64,000 nt of DNA from an uncultured Verrucomicrobiae bacterium (GTDB taxonomy: Bacteria; Verrucomicrobiota; Verrucomicrobiia; Chthoniobacterales; Chthoniobacteraceae), in assembly GCA_963836755.1 (NCBI GenBank), contig CAWIKF010000002.1, positions 1,600,001 through 1,664,000 on the forward strand, in the 5' to 3' direction. Every line of letters begins with the position of its first letter. Within the stretch, counting starts at the first letter, position 1. The notes under the pieces were generated by a model. That model was not told the origin of the DNA. It saw nothing but the letters and a program-made list of their open reading frames with translations, and made no database searches. Below, in pieces: positions 39,661 through 49,432 of this stretch. Both the position numbers and the translations under genes were made by a program.

Positions 39661-41130
39661 ATGTCCCGTTTTTTCCTGCGGATCGCGGTGGGTTTGGTGC
39701 TGAGCAGTATCGCCGTGCGCGCAGTGGCGGCGGACATTCGCAAGAGTTTGATCCGCATCACCACGACGGAGCAGGATCCGAATTATCGCGTGCCGTGGAC
39801 GCCTGGAAATATCAGCGGCGGCGTCGGTGCGGGATTCGTGATCGATGGGCAAAGGGTGCTGACGAATGCGCACGTCGTGAGCAATGCGCGGTTTCTTTCG
39901 CTGGAAAAAGAAAACGATCCGAAGAAATACATGGCAACGGTCGAGCACATCGCGCACGACTGCGACCTCGCGGTTTTAAATGTCGCCGATCCTGATTTTT
40001 TCAAGGACACCGTGCCGCTGAATCTCGGACCGCTTCCCGCGATCGAGTCACGCGTGTCGGTTTATGGTTATCCGATCGGCGGCGAGCGATTGTCGGTGAC
40101 GCAGGGCATCGTGTCGCGCATCGATTTTCAGACTTACACGCATTCGTTGGTCGACCAGCACTTGGCGATTCAGATCGACGCCGCGATTAATCCGGGCAAC
40201 AGCGGCGGACCGGTGATGCAGGATGGCAAAGTCGTCGGCGTGGCATTTCAAGGTTACGGTGGCGACGTCGCGCAGGGTGTTGGTTACATGATCCCGACGC
40301 CGGTGATTTCGCGATTTTTGAAAGACATCGCGGACGGGGTTTACGACAAATACATGGACCTCTCGATCATCACATTCAATCTGCCGAACCCGGCGATGCG
40401 GCGTGCGCTCGGCCTCGCGGATAATGATCGCGGCGTAATGGTGAGCAATGTGCAGGCCGCCGGCTGCTCTGCCGGAAAATTGGACGTCGGGGACGTGCTC
40501 CTGAGCATCGACGGACATCCGATTGGGAGCGACGGGTTCGTGGAATTGGAAGGCGAGCGCGTGCAGATGGGCGAGGTGGTCGAGCGGAAATTCAAGGGCG
40601 ATGATGTGAAGTTGCACATCCTCCGCGACCAAAAAGAAATGGACGTGACGATCGTGCTAACCCAGGCGTGGCCATATAATATGCAGGCGAACAGCTACGA
40701 CGCGCAGCCGCGCTACGTCTTGTTCGGCGGACTTTTGTTCCAGCCGCTCTCGCGAAATTTTCTCGAGGCTTATCAAATCACCGATCTACGCGTGCGATTT
40801 TATTTCGACTTTTTCCTTTCGGATGAAATTTATCGCGCGCATCCGGAAGTGATCATCCTCAGCTCGATCCTGCCCGACCCGATCAACACGTATCTCGGCG
40901 AGTTTCGGGACGGCATCGTCGACGAGGTCAACGGGACGAAAATCAAAACGCTCGATGACATGGCAAATGAATTTCGAAAACCGGCGAAAGAATATGTCAT
41001 CAAGCTTGTCGGCATCGGCCGGCCGCTGGTGCTCGAGCGCGCTGCCGTGGAAGCGGCGAGGCAGCGCATCATGACGCGATACGATGTGTTGAAAGAACAA
41101 AACCTGCGCGACAATGCCAATGTGCCGTAA
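39661..41130 (+). CDS. Secreted HtrA/Deg-like serine protease with PDZ domains
   Basis: Signal peptide and intact triad motifs TNAHVV, DCDLA and PGNSGGP. Confidence 0.93.
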   Translation: MSRFFLRIAVGLVLSSIAVRAVAADIRKSLIRITTTEQDPNYRVPWTPGNISGGVGAGFVIDGQRVLTNAHVVSNARFLSLEKENDPKKYMATVEHIAHDCDLAVLNVADPDFFKDTVPLNLGPLPAIESRVSVYGYPIGGERLSVTQGIVSRIDFQTYTHSLVDQHLAIQIDAAINPGNSGGPVMQDGKVVGVAFQGYGGDVAQGVGYMIPTPVISRFLKDIADGVYDKYMDLSIITFNLPNPAMRRALGLADNDRGVMVSNVQAAGCSAGKLDVGDVLLSIDGHPIGSDGFVELEGERVQMGEVVERKFKGDDVKLHILRDQKEMDVTIVLTQAWPYNMQANSYDAQPRYVLFGGLLFQPLSRNFLEAYQITDLRVRFYFDFFLSDEIYRAHPEVIILSSILPDPINTYLGEFRDGIVDEVNGTKIKTLDDMANEFRKPAKEYVIKLVGIGRPLVLERAAVEAARQRIMTRYDVLKEQNLRDNANVP

Positions 41131-42634
41131 CTTGAAAACGCTTTCGCTTTTGCTATTGGGGACGCTCGCGTCGAGCGGAGCGATTTATGCCGCGGATGTA
41201 AAACCGGTGACCGTAGCGTCGACGGTAAAAGCTGCGGTGAAGGAGGAAAATCTTTCCGTCGTGCGGGTGGCCTCGACTGTGCAGGCGTGGGATTTTTTTC
41301 ATCCGTGGAGCAAGCACGCGCCCAACTCGCGGCGCGCACTCGGCGCGGTGCTGAGCGGCAATCGCGTGCTCGTCACAGCAGAGCTCGTCGCGAACGCAAA
41401 TTATGTCGAGCTGGAAAGAGCGGAAAGCGGCGAGCGGATTCCCGCGCACGTGGTCGCCGTTGATTACGAGGCAAATCTCGCGCTGCTCAAACCGGAGGAC
41501 TCAAACTTTTTCAACGGCATCAAACCTCTCGAGGTCACCGATGCAATGGTTGGCGATCGCGTCGCGGTCTGGCAGGTCGAAGCCACCGGCGCGCTCCTCT
41601 CCACCGAAGCGCTGCTCACGACCGTCGATGTCTCGCGGTATCCGATCGATGAGTCGGCGCTGCTGACTTATCATCTCACTTCGTCGCTCCAATATCGCGA
41701 AGGCAGCTACACCGTGCCCGTCGTGAAAGACCACAAGCTGGTCGGGCTGCTGATGCGTTACGACACGCGCACGCAAAATGTGGATGTGGTGCCGGCGCCC
41801 ATCATCCAGCATTTTCTCAAGGACGCGGCAGACCAGCATTACGGCGGATTTCCCCGTGCAGGCGTGCTTTTCGCTCCGATGCGTGATCCGCAATTGCGCC
41901 ACTTCGCCGGGCTCACGCCGATGCAGACCGGTAGCGTTTATGTGAGCAGCGTGCAGAAGGATGGTCCGGCCGATGAAGCTGGAATCCATGTTGGCGATGT
42001 GCTGCTGGAAATCGGCGGCATGCCGATCGACCAGGACGGCAATTATGTCGACAAACTTTACGGCAAAATTTCTCTCTCGCATTTCATCGCGATGAAAAAT
42101 GATGGAGAAAAAGTTGCGTTCAAAGTTTGTCGTGACACGGCGGTGAAGGATTTTCCCGTGACGCTCCGACATCGAGACGTTTCCGATTACGTGATCGAGC
42201 CTTACCTCATCGACAAAGCGCCGAAGTTTTACGTGCTCGGCGGACTCGTGCTGCAGGAACTTTCCCGCCAATATTTAAAGGAATGGGGCGATCTCAAAAA
42301 AGCGCCGGAGCGGTTCGTTTATTACGATCGTTATCAATCGGAACTTTTCAGCGGCGAGCACCGGAAGCTCGTGATTCTCAGCCAGGTTTTGCCGACGCCG
42401 GACACGGTCGGCTACGAGGAACTCAGCACGTTGCTCGTGACCAAAATTAACGATATGCCGGTGAACAGTCTCGACGATGTGCCGAAGGCGCTGGCCAAAC
42501 CAATCAACGGCTTTCACAAAATCGAGTTCAGCGAAAATCCCCACGTCATTTACCTCGACGCGAAACAAACAGCGGATGACGAGAACGCGCTGCTGAAAAA
42601 TTATGGTCTGCCCGCCATCAGCCGGCTGCGTTGA
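41114..42634 (+). CDS. PDZ-containing paralogue of the preceding protease with a degenerate catalytic triad
   Basis: Same domain layout, but VTAELVA, YEANLA and EGSYTVP replace the triad motifs. Confidence 0.85.
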   Translation: MPMCRNLKTLSLLLLGTLASSGAIYAADVKPVTVASTVKAAVKEENLSVVRVASTVQAWDFFHPWSKHAPNSRRALGAVLSGNRVLVTAELVANANYVELERAESGERIPAHVVAVDYEANLALLKPEDSNFFNGIKPLEVTDAMVGDRVAVWQVEATGALLSTEALLTTVDVSRYPIDESALLTYHLTSSLQYREGSYTVPVVKDHKLVGLLMRYDTRTQNVDVVPAPIIQHFLKDAADQHYGGFPRAGVLFAPMRDPQLRHFAGLTPMQTGSVYVSSVQKDGPADEAGIHVGDVLLEIGGMPIDQDGNYVDKLYGKISLSHFIAMKNDGEKVAFKVCRDTAVKDFPVTLRHRDVSDYVIEPYLIDKAPKFYVLGGLVLQELSRQYLKEWGDLKKAPERFVYYDRYQSELFSGEHRKLVILSQVLPTPDTVGYEELSTLLVTKINDMPVNSLDDVPKALAKPINGFHKIEFSENPHVIYLDAKQTADDENALLKNYGLPAISRLR

Positions 42635-42691
42635 TCACGCGGAGCAGCGGCCGGGTTTTTCATTGAACGGCGTGATCTTCGAATGGCGCGC

Positions 42692-43294
42692 ATGACGCGG
42701 CCGCTCTTGATCGCCACGCACAACGCGAACAAAACTCGCGAGATTCGCGAAATGCTCGGCGTAAACTTTCTTGTCGGCGACCTGACTGCGCATCCGGAAA
42801 TCCCCGCGACGATTGAGTCGGGCGCAACGTTTGAAGAAAATGCGAAGCTGAAGGCGCTTGAAGCTTCGCGGTTGTTTAAAGGTTTGGTGCTGGCCGATGA
42901 TTCCGGGCTGGAAGTTGACGCGCTCGGCGGCGCGCCCGGCGTTCACTCCGCGCGATACGCCGGGGAAAATGCGACTGATGAAGATAATTGCCGCAAGCTC
43001 CTTGCCGAGCTCGCTCGCGCAGGGGCGCGTGGGCGGAAACGCTGCGCGCGCTTCCGTTGCATCGTGGCGCTCGCGCAGGACGGCGAGGTCCGCGCGATGT
43101 TTGATGGCGCGGTCGACGGCGTCATTATCAATGAGCCGAAAGGTCAAAACGGTTTCGGCTACGATCCGCTTTTTGTTCCAGATGGTTTTTGCGAAACTTT
43201 CGCGCAACTGCCGCCCGCGATTAAGAGCAACTTCTCGCACCGTGCTCGGGCGATGGAGAAATTGCGCCCCGCGCTTCTCTCAATGCAGACCTAA
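42692..43294 (+). CDS. rdgB: Non-canonical purine NTP pyrophosphatase (HAM1)
   Basis: ATHNANK, ENAKLKA, ADDSGL, PGVHSARY, GFGYDP and SHRARA motifs. Confidence 0.95.
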   Translation: MTRPLLIATHNANKTREIREMLGVNFLVGDLTAHPEIPATIESGATFEENAKLKALEASRLFKGLVLADDSGLEVDALGGAPGVHSARYAGENATDEDNCRKLLAELARAGARGRKRCARFRCIVALAQDGEVRAMFDGAVDGVIINEPKGQNGFGYDPLFVPDGFCETFAQLPPAIKSNFSHRARAMEKLRPALLSMQT

Positions 43295-43822
43295 GATGAT
43301 GTCGTTTGCTTCAGAGATACTTCCGTCAGTGAAGATCACGAGATTTCCATTTCCATGCACGGCGCCGCGCTCGATGAACCACGGCTGCCTGCTCCAACGC
43401 AGCGGCGTCATTTGTTTTTCGTCGAACGTCATGGGGATGTAATCCAGCCGAACATTGTTGGGTTGCGTCAGATCGGGACTGCTAAGCAGTTTTTGCATGG
43501 TTGGGCAAATCCAGGATTTTTGTTCCAGTCCGAACGGTTGAAATGCGGCAATCCATTCCTTGGCAAATTCGGCCGGCTCCTTTGACATCAGCTCGGTGTC
43601 GATTTGCGGCCAATGGGAATTGGCCTGCAGGTAGGAGTTTGCGCTCACATGGAGATTTCGTAAGTTCGCCATGCACCGCACTTTTTCCATCCGCGCGATC
43701 AGACCGTCGAAAGCGGGCAGCAAGAGAATCAGAAGGATGGCGATAATCACCACCACCGTCACGATCTCAAGAATCGTAAAAGCACGGGCGCCGAGCAGGC
43801 GCGTGGCTCTGCACCGGGCCAT
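43280..43822 (-). CDS. Prepilin-type N-terminal cleavage/methylation domain protein with H-X9-DG motif
   Basis: AFTILEI followed by a hydrophobic helix, CMANLRNL, WICP and HGNGNLVIFTDG. Confidence 0.85.
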   Translation of the reverse strand: MARCRATRLLGARAFTILEIVTVVVIIAILLILLLPAFDGLIARMEKVRCMANLRNLHVSANSYLQANSHWPQIDTELMSKEPAEFAKEWIAAFQPFGLEQKSWICPTMQKLLSSPDLTQPNNVRLDYIPMTFDEKQMTPLRWSRQPWFIERGAVHGNGNLVIFTDGSISEANDIILGLH

Positions 43823-43852
43823 AGCTGTTATTCTTAGCAGCCCCGGACCGCT

Positions 43853-44497
43853 TTAGGGTTTCGGAGTCGGGGTAGGCAGCGAGGTGACGGAAGGCGTCGG
43901 GATAGTTACGTTTCCTGTCTGGGTCGACTGCTGGAACCCATCAACAGCGAAATCAATAGCCTTCAAGATGGTGAATCCAACTCCATCCGGTGAGTTATCA
44001 GGAGCGAACCCTTGCTCGTCGATATGCGCTGTGCCGGTAAAGCCGGTGGCGACTGCAATTGTTGTCGAGGTAGTCGGCGTCACGAAGGCGTCGATCCGAC
44101 CCGTGGCGTTGAGAGGAGAAAAGAACTCTATGCCATTACTATTATTGCCTAAATCAGGACCGGTGACGACGCCCTTAAATTCCAAAGTGCGCGGATCGGT
44201 GATGCCAATGACAGTGCCAGCAAAAGCCTCTCCACTATCAAAGAGGAGGAAATTACCATTCGAAGCGCCGGTTTGAGGGACCGCCACCAGAAAAATGCCC
44301 AAGGCGTTTTTGACATCGCTGTTGGCGGCAAAAGCGGCATTTGAGTAAAAGACTTTTACTTTCGTCGGTGTCAAAACGCCCGCGTAAGTTCCAACTACGC
44401 TGGTCGCCGCCGACGCGCCGACGGGACCGCCATGCAGGGCCCAGACTTGAGTTTGGAGAAAAACGAAGCAAAGGAGGGAAGAGAGGACGGCTTTCAT
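43853..44497 (-). CDS. Hypothetical secreted beta-rich protein
   Basis: Signal peptide, beta-strand-rich body and a Pro/Thr tail. Confidence 0.75.
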   Translation of the reverse strand: MKAVLSSLLCFVFLQTQVWALHGGPVGASAATSVVGTYAGVLTPTKVKVFYSNAAFAANSDVKNALGIFLVAVPQTGASNGNFLLFDSGEAFAGTVIGITDPRTLEFKGVVTGPDLGNNSNGIEFFSPLNATGRIDAFVTPTTSTTIAVATGFTGTAHIDEQGFAPDNSPDGVGFTILKAIDFAVDGFQQSTQTGNVTIPTPSVTSLPTPTPKP

Positions 44498-44577
44498 GGC
44501 CGAAACGCTACCAGCTTTTTTAATGCAGTCAACATTAGAAGCGCATTTTTGTTCTCACAGCCGATAAGCTCTTTGTT

Positions 44578-44889
44578 ATGTCAAATCACTTCCTTAAATC
44601 CATCAGTCGCGTCGGCGTGGTTGCACTCTCCTGTGCCCTCCTCGGTTGCGATAAATCAGAAACTCCCTCAGACGACACCACGCCTGTCAATGCTGGTCCC
44701 TCACCTTCCGCAATGCCTTCGTCCGCGATGGAATCTTCCTCGCCTGCCGCGATCGAATCCGTTTCGCCAGCCATGATGCCGTCTCCGTCCAGCGTTGAAT
44801 CAACGACTTCGGCTCCGATTGCTTCGCCGCTCGATACCACGACCACACCCGGCACGCCTGCCACCTCGTCGCCAAGCCCGACGCCGTAA
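44578..44889 (+). CDS. Ser/Pro/Thr-rich lipoprotein
   Basis: Lipobox LLGC followed by low-complexity S/P/T sequence. Confidence 0.7.
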   Translation: MSNHFLKSISRVGVVALSCALLGCDKSETPSDDTTPVNAGPSPSAMPSSAMESSSPAAIESVSPAMMPSPSSVESTTSAPIASPLDTTTTPGTPATSSPSPTP

Positions 44890-44893
44890 AAGT

Positions 44894-45598
44894 TCAGAGC
44901 TCTCGCAGCGATACTTTGCCGTCGTAAAGCGACTTGCCGATGATCGTGCCGTAAAGTTTCGGCATCGCTTGGAGCCGGCGCACGTCTGTTGCGCTCGAGA
45001 TCCCGCCGCTCGCGATCAACTGGCAGCTTAAGATTTCGAGCAGATTTTCGATCTCTTTGAAATTCGGGCCAGTCAACATCCCGTCGGTCGCAATGTCGGT
45101 GTAGATGATTGTGCCGGCGCCAGCCGCTTCTGCATTGCGCGCGAGATCCTGCGCGCGAGTTTTCGAAAGCTCGGTCCAGCCGTTAATGGAAACGATGCCG
45201 TCTTTGGCATCGATGCCGACCGCGATTTTTTCGCCGCCAAATTTTTCGGCCAGTGATTTCACGAATTCCAGCGACTCGCTTGCGCGCGTGCCTATCACGA
45301 CACGCGCAACGCCCGCGTCAAACGCGCGTTGAACTGCCGTTTCATCCCGCATGCCGCCGCCGAGCTCGCAGGGAACTTTGACGGAATTGACGATTTTTTC
45401 CACAGAAGCCATGTTGCGCAGTTCTCCGGTGAATGCAGCGTCAAGGTCAACGATGTGTAAAAAATCGCCGCCTTCGTCCTCCCACCTTTTTGCAAAAGCG
45501 ACTGGGTCGTCCGAATAAATTGTCTTCTCCTCGGCTTTCCCTTGGCGGAGGCGGACAACTTTGCCGTCCATTAGATCGATGGCAGGAAGGATAAGCAT
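44894..45598 (-). CDS. hisA: ProFAR isomerase
   Basis: LPAIDLMDGKVVRL, LHIVDLD, GGGMR and YTDIATDG motifs. ATG at 45598. Confidence 0.96.
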   Translation of the reverse strand: MLILPAIDLMDGKVVRLRQGKAEEKTIYSDDPVAFAKRWEDEGGDFLHIVDLDAAFTGELRNMASVEKIVNSVKVPCELGGGMRDETAVQRAFDAGVARVVIGTRASESLEFVKSLAEKFGGEKIAVGIDAKDGIVSINGWTELSKTRAQDLARNAEAAGAGTIIYTDIATDGMLTGPNFKEIENLLEILSCQLIASGGISSATDVRRLQAMPKLYGTIIGKSLYDGKVSLREL

Positions 45599-45626
45599 TG
45601 CGAAGAATGGCGGACGGGTTCTTGGT

Positions 45627-46265
45627 TTAGGCGACCGGCACCCGTTGACTCGTTTCCGCAACCTGCGCGATAAAGTTGCGCAAGATCGTGAGCCCGACAT
45701 CCTGACTTTTTTCCGGGTGGAATTGAACACCGGCTACGCGTCCACGCGCAGCGGCGGCGGCAAAAGTTTCGCCATAAGTCGTCCGTGCCGTCACGACTGA
45801 GTCATCGGCGGGCGCGGGAAAATAGGAATGCACGAAGAAGACAAACGAGCCATCTGGCAGTCCACTCCACAACGACTGTTTAACCCCCGTAAACTCGAGA
45901 TTGTTCCAGCCGATCTGGGGCACCTTCAATCCCGGCGTGCAAAATCGCCGCACCTTTCCAGCGAAAAACCCGAAGCCGCTTTCGCTAGGCGATTCCTCGC
46001 TCTCCTCAAAGAGAAGCTGGTAACCGACACAGATGCCGAGGAACGGCTTGTCGGCGCGAAGCCAGTCCTGAAGCGGGTTCCAAAGCGACCGGGACTTAAT
46101 GTTGCGCGCGCAGTCGCCGAAATCCCCGACCCCTGGCAGCACGACTGCGTCCGCGTTTTCCAGCTCCGCCGCGGTGCTCACCAGCCGCACGTCCGCGCCC
46201 TCACGAGCGAGCGCTTTGCTCACGCTGCGAATATTTCCACTGCCGTAATCGATCAATGCAAACAT
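45627..46265 (-). CDS. hisH: Imidazole glycerol phosphate synthase subunit HisH
   Basis: IDYGSGN, LPGVG, GICVG, FVHSY and QFHPEKS motifs. Confidence 0.96.
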   Translation of the reverse strand: MFALIDYGSGNIRSVSKALAREGADVRLVSTAAELENADAVVLPGVGDFGDCARNIKSRSLWNPLQDWLRADKPFLGICVGYQLLFEESEESPSESGFGFFAGKVRRFCTPGLKVPQIGWNNLEFTGVKQSLWSGLPDGSFVFFVHSYFPAPADDSVVTARTTYGETFAAAAARGRVAGVQFHPEKSQDVGLTILRNFIAQVAETSQRVPVA

Positions 46266-46362
46266 GACGAGCGGGACTTTCATGGGCGGTCGGGAGGCTG
46301 TCAATCGGCAGAATGATGTTCGTGTCTTGACCGCGATTGAGGGATATGCGCATTTTAGAAAA

Positions 46363-49356
46363 GTGCGTCCATCCCCCTGGCGATTTTGCCACTGTCTTTT
46401 TTTCCTTCTCTGCCTCGCGGTCCTCTTGATCGCGCGCCTCGCTGAGGCGGCACCACAAACTGATCTCGGGGAGAAGGAGCAGATTTTCCCGCCGCTGCCG
46501 GCAGCGGAAAAGGCGGTGCATTGGAAGGACGGTTATTTTTACCTCAATGGCGAAGCGACGATCATCAGGTCGGGCTCCATTCATTATGCACGGGTGCCTC
46601 GGGAATTGTGGCGCGACCGGATTTGGCGCCTCAAGATGATGGGATTCAATTGCGTGCAGAGCTATGTCTTCTGGAACGCCGCCGAGCCGAAGGAAGGACA
46701 ATGGAACTTTAGCGACAATCTCGATCTCGACGCATGGCTTTCGCTACTCAAGGAGATGGGGATGTATGCGTTGGTTCGCGTCGGGCCTTACTCCTGCGCC
46801 GAGTGGGAAGAAGGTGGCACTCCGGCATGGCTGACGGTCAAACCGGGAATGATCCAGCGGGAAATGGGGCCTTCAATTCCTTACTCGGATGCGCACCTCG
46901 CGAAGCTGGAAGAGATTACGGCGAAACATCAGATCAACCACGGTGGCAGCGTTTTCATGGTGCAGCTGGAAAATGAACATTCCGGCGGATGGGGAACACA
47001 AGTCATCGATCCCTATCTTAAATACTTAGACGATCAGGCGCGAAAAAATGGCATCGAAGTTCCCATCTTTAATTCTGGGCTTCATCATAGCCATGACCCA
47101 GCCGGCGAAGCGCCATTCTCTATGAGCTCTTCGCCTTGGTATAGCACGGAATTCTGGACCGGCTGGATCGGAAAATACGGAGACATGAGTCCCGATACAC
47201 TCAGCCAAAAGGTTCGTGGGACATGGAAGATCATCGCCTTTGGCGGAGCAGGATATAACTATTACATGGCCCACGGCGGCACTAACTTTGGCTACTCGGG
47301 AAGTGGTGAGGATCCGGGCGTATCCTATGACTATTCGGCGCCGGTGGGAGAAGCCGGCCAGCTCCACAATCTCTACTTCCCAGCCCGCCGCGCCGCCTAC
47401 TTCGCCCAAACTTTTACTCCAATCCTTGCAGGAAGCCACGATGACCCGGCGCTCGCGAAAAGCGATCAACCGGCGCTGCGGGTGACTACCCGCTCAAATC
47501 CGGAAAGTGGGAGCATCGTCTTTGTGGATCATTTCCTACGAAAGGCGGATGTGGCGCCACTGGTTGCCATCGCTCCCGATGCCTCGGCCTATCACCCGCC
47601 GAAATATGACGCGAGCGTTTCACTGGAGACGCACGTCAATGTTAATGGCCTGACTCTTCCGCACCACGGCAGCTTGAAAGTCAGTTCCCTTGAGCCTAGA
47701 ACGATCGTGGTCAACATGCCGTGGACGAAAAGCGCGACCTTCGAGTCGATTTGCACCAATGTCCTGTTTCGCCAAACTATCAGTGGCATCAACTACTGGG
47801 TGTGCTACGGACCCGCGGGTGATTCTGGAGAAGTAACATTGAGTAGGAAAGTTGCGAGCGATGCTCCTGCCGAGTTCGACTTCACCTATCCCGCTGATGA
47901 TAGCATCAAAGAGATCGACGTTGATTCGGGCGATGGAAGTAAGGCCAAGCTTCTTGTCATGAACACCGATCTGACGAATCGGACATGGCTCGCCAATGGC
48001 AAGATTTATGTAGGCCCGTCCTTTGTTCTAGAAGACGGCAGCATGGAGATTCCAACCGAAGGCGGAAAGGCGACAATCTATTCAGCTGGCGGCAAGTCGG
48101 AAGTGACGCAGCTTTCTGCGTCTGCTCCGGCATTGCCGGTTCTTTCCTCATGGACTTGGCGTGATGCCGCTCCCGAGCGCGCTGCAGATTTCACCACAAG
48201 CGGCTGGCTGCAATCCAAAGGTCCTCAACCGATGGAAAGCTATGATAGCTTCGAGAATCGCTACGGATGGTATCGCACGACCTTGCATCGAGATTCCGCT
48301 GGCCCAGTCTCACTTCGCTTTGCAGGTCAATCAGGGACTTTCGCTCCCTTCTTGAATGGTCAGCCAGCTCCCGTTTCCACCTTCGAGTATAATGCCTCGG
48401 GTGCACTGAAGATGCCTCACGCCAAGGCGGGCGATAACTCACTCGCCATTTTGGTGAAAGCCAGTCCTCGTCCAAAGACCACCTATCGCGGTCCCGTCGG
48501 CATGCGACTCGCGCGAGGACTTTGGGGTGGTGTCAGCGCCGACGAAGCTCCAACGCAACTGAAAGTTGTTTGGAAAAAATGGAACGCGCCATATAGAAAC
48601 ATGAGCGCGGATGACGTTGCCAAGCCAGACTATGACGACTCCACGTGGGATGTAGTCGATCCGGCGATTACCGATATTGCAAAAGGAAACGCATGGTATC
48701 GCGGAAGATTTACACTTAGCGCGGATCAAGTTAATTCGATGATCGAGCTTCCGCAGTTTGGTTTGCAGAAGGGCAAAAAGGCACTGGCAATTACGATCTC
48801 CTATCTCAATGGCCATTTCGTCGAAGAGCGAGTTCAGGATGTTTCAAAAATCCTTCATGCGGGTGAAAACACCGTTCTTCTCGAAATACAAAGCAGGCTC
48901 GGCGGCGAGAGCGGGGAACTTGCCCTTAACCTATGGCACAACTCTTCTCTCACCGAGGCCAACTGGTATTTTAAAGGCGGCCTGGATGATCTGAACGAAA
49001 CGGCTGTCATAGGGCAGGTCACAAACTGGAAGGAGTTCCTCGCTCATCAACCATGGCAATCCAGTTCCGCGCCTTCGGGACCTCTATTTTGGAGGTGCAC
49101 TTTCGACTACCATCAGCCTGCCGGCTTGCGGGAAACAATCGGTCTTCTCACGGACGGGTTGAAGGCCGGCAACGTTTGGCTCAATGGCCACAACCTTGGT
49201 GAATCGCGCTCACCGCAAAATTATCCGCTTTACATGCCCGAATGCTGGTTGAAAGAAGGCGACAATGATCTGCTAGTCTTCGATCTCTACGGTAGCAGCC
49301 CCAATCAACTTCACCTTGATAGATTCGAGGTCCACACGGTTGTCCCAAAGTCATAG
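46363..49356 (+). CDS. Secreted GH35 beta-galactosidase-family enzyme with C-terminal jelly-roll domains
   Basis: SGSIHYARVP, CAEWEEGG, QLENE, TEFW, YMAHGGTNFG and SYDY motifs. Start uncertain; GTG at 46363 precedes a signal peptide. Confidence 0.9.
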   Translation: MRPSPWRFCHCLFFLLCLAVLLIARLAEAAPQTDLGEKEQIFPPLPAAEKAVHWKDGYFYLNGEATIIRSGSIHYARVPRELWRDRIWRLKMMGFNCVQSYVFWNAAEPKEGQWNFSDNLDLDAWLSLLKEMGMYALVRVGPYSCAEWEEGGTPAWLTVKPGMIQREMGPSIPYSDAHLAKLEEITAKHQINHGGSVFMVQLENEHSGGWGTQVIDPYLKYLDDQARKNGIEVPIFNSGLHHSHDPAGEAPFSMSSSPWYSTEFWTGWIGKYGDMSPDTLSQKVRGTWKIIAFGGAGYNYYMAHGGTNFGYSGSGEDPGVSYDYSAPVGEAGQLHNLYFPARRAAYFAQTFTPILAGSHDDPALAKSDQPALRVTTRSNPESGSIVFVDHFLRKADVAPLVAIAPDASAYHPPKYDASVSLETHVNVNGLTLPHHGSLKVSSLEPRTIVVNMPWTKSATFESICTNVLFRQTISGINYWVCYGPAGDSGEVTLSRKVASDAPAEFDFTYPADDSIKEIDVDSGDGSKAKLLVMNTDLTNRTWLANGKIYVGPSFVLEDGSMEIPTEGGKATIYSAGGKSEVTQLSASAPALPVLSSWTWRDAAPERAADFTTSGWLQSKGPQPMESYDSFENRYGWYRTTLHRDSAGPVSLRFAGQSGTFAPFLNGQPAPVSTFEYNASGALKMPHAKAGDNSLAILVKASPRPKTTYRGPVGMRLARGLWGGVSADEAPTQLKVVWKKWNAPYRNMSADDVAKPDYDDSTWDVVDPAITDIAKGNAWYRGRFTLSADQVNSMIELPQFGLQKGKKALAITISYLNGHFVEERVQDVSKILHAGENTVLLEIQSRLGGESGELALNLWHNSSLTEANWYFKGGLDDLNETAVIGQVTNWKEFLAHQPWQSSSAPSGPLFWRCTFDYHQPAGLRETIGLLTDGLKAGNVWLNGHNLGESRSPQNYPLYMPECWLKEGDNDLLVFDLYGSSPNQLHLDRFEVHTVVPKS

Positions 49357-49432
49357 AGACAACCTTAGACTTTTTTCATACATTAGCTTCAGTCACCAAT
49401 AACTAACCTCTAAACAACCAACAATAGTTTCC

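Noticed and set aside
46264..46362. N-terminal extension of GH35 overlapping the hisH start
   Set aside because: A signal peptide begins after the GTG at 46363, so the upstream ATG is probably not the true start.
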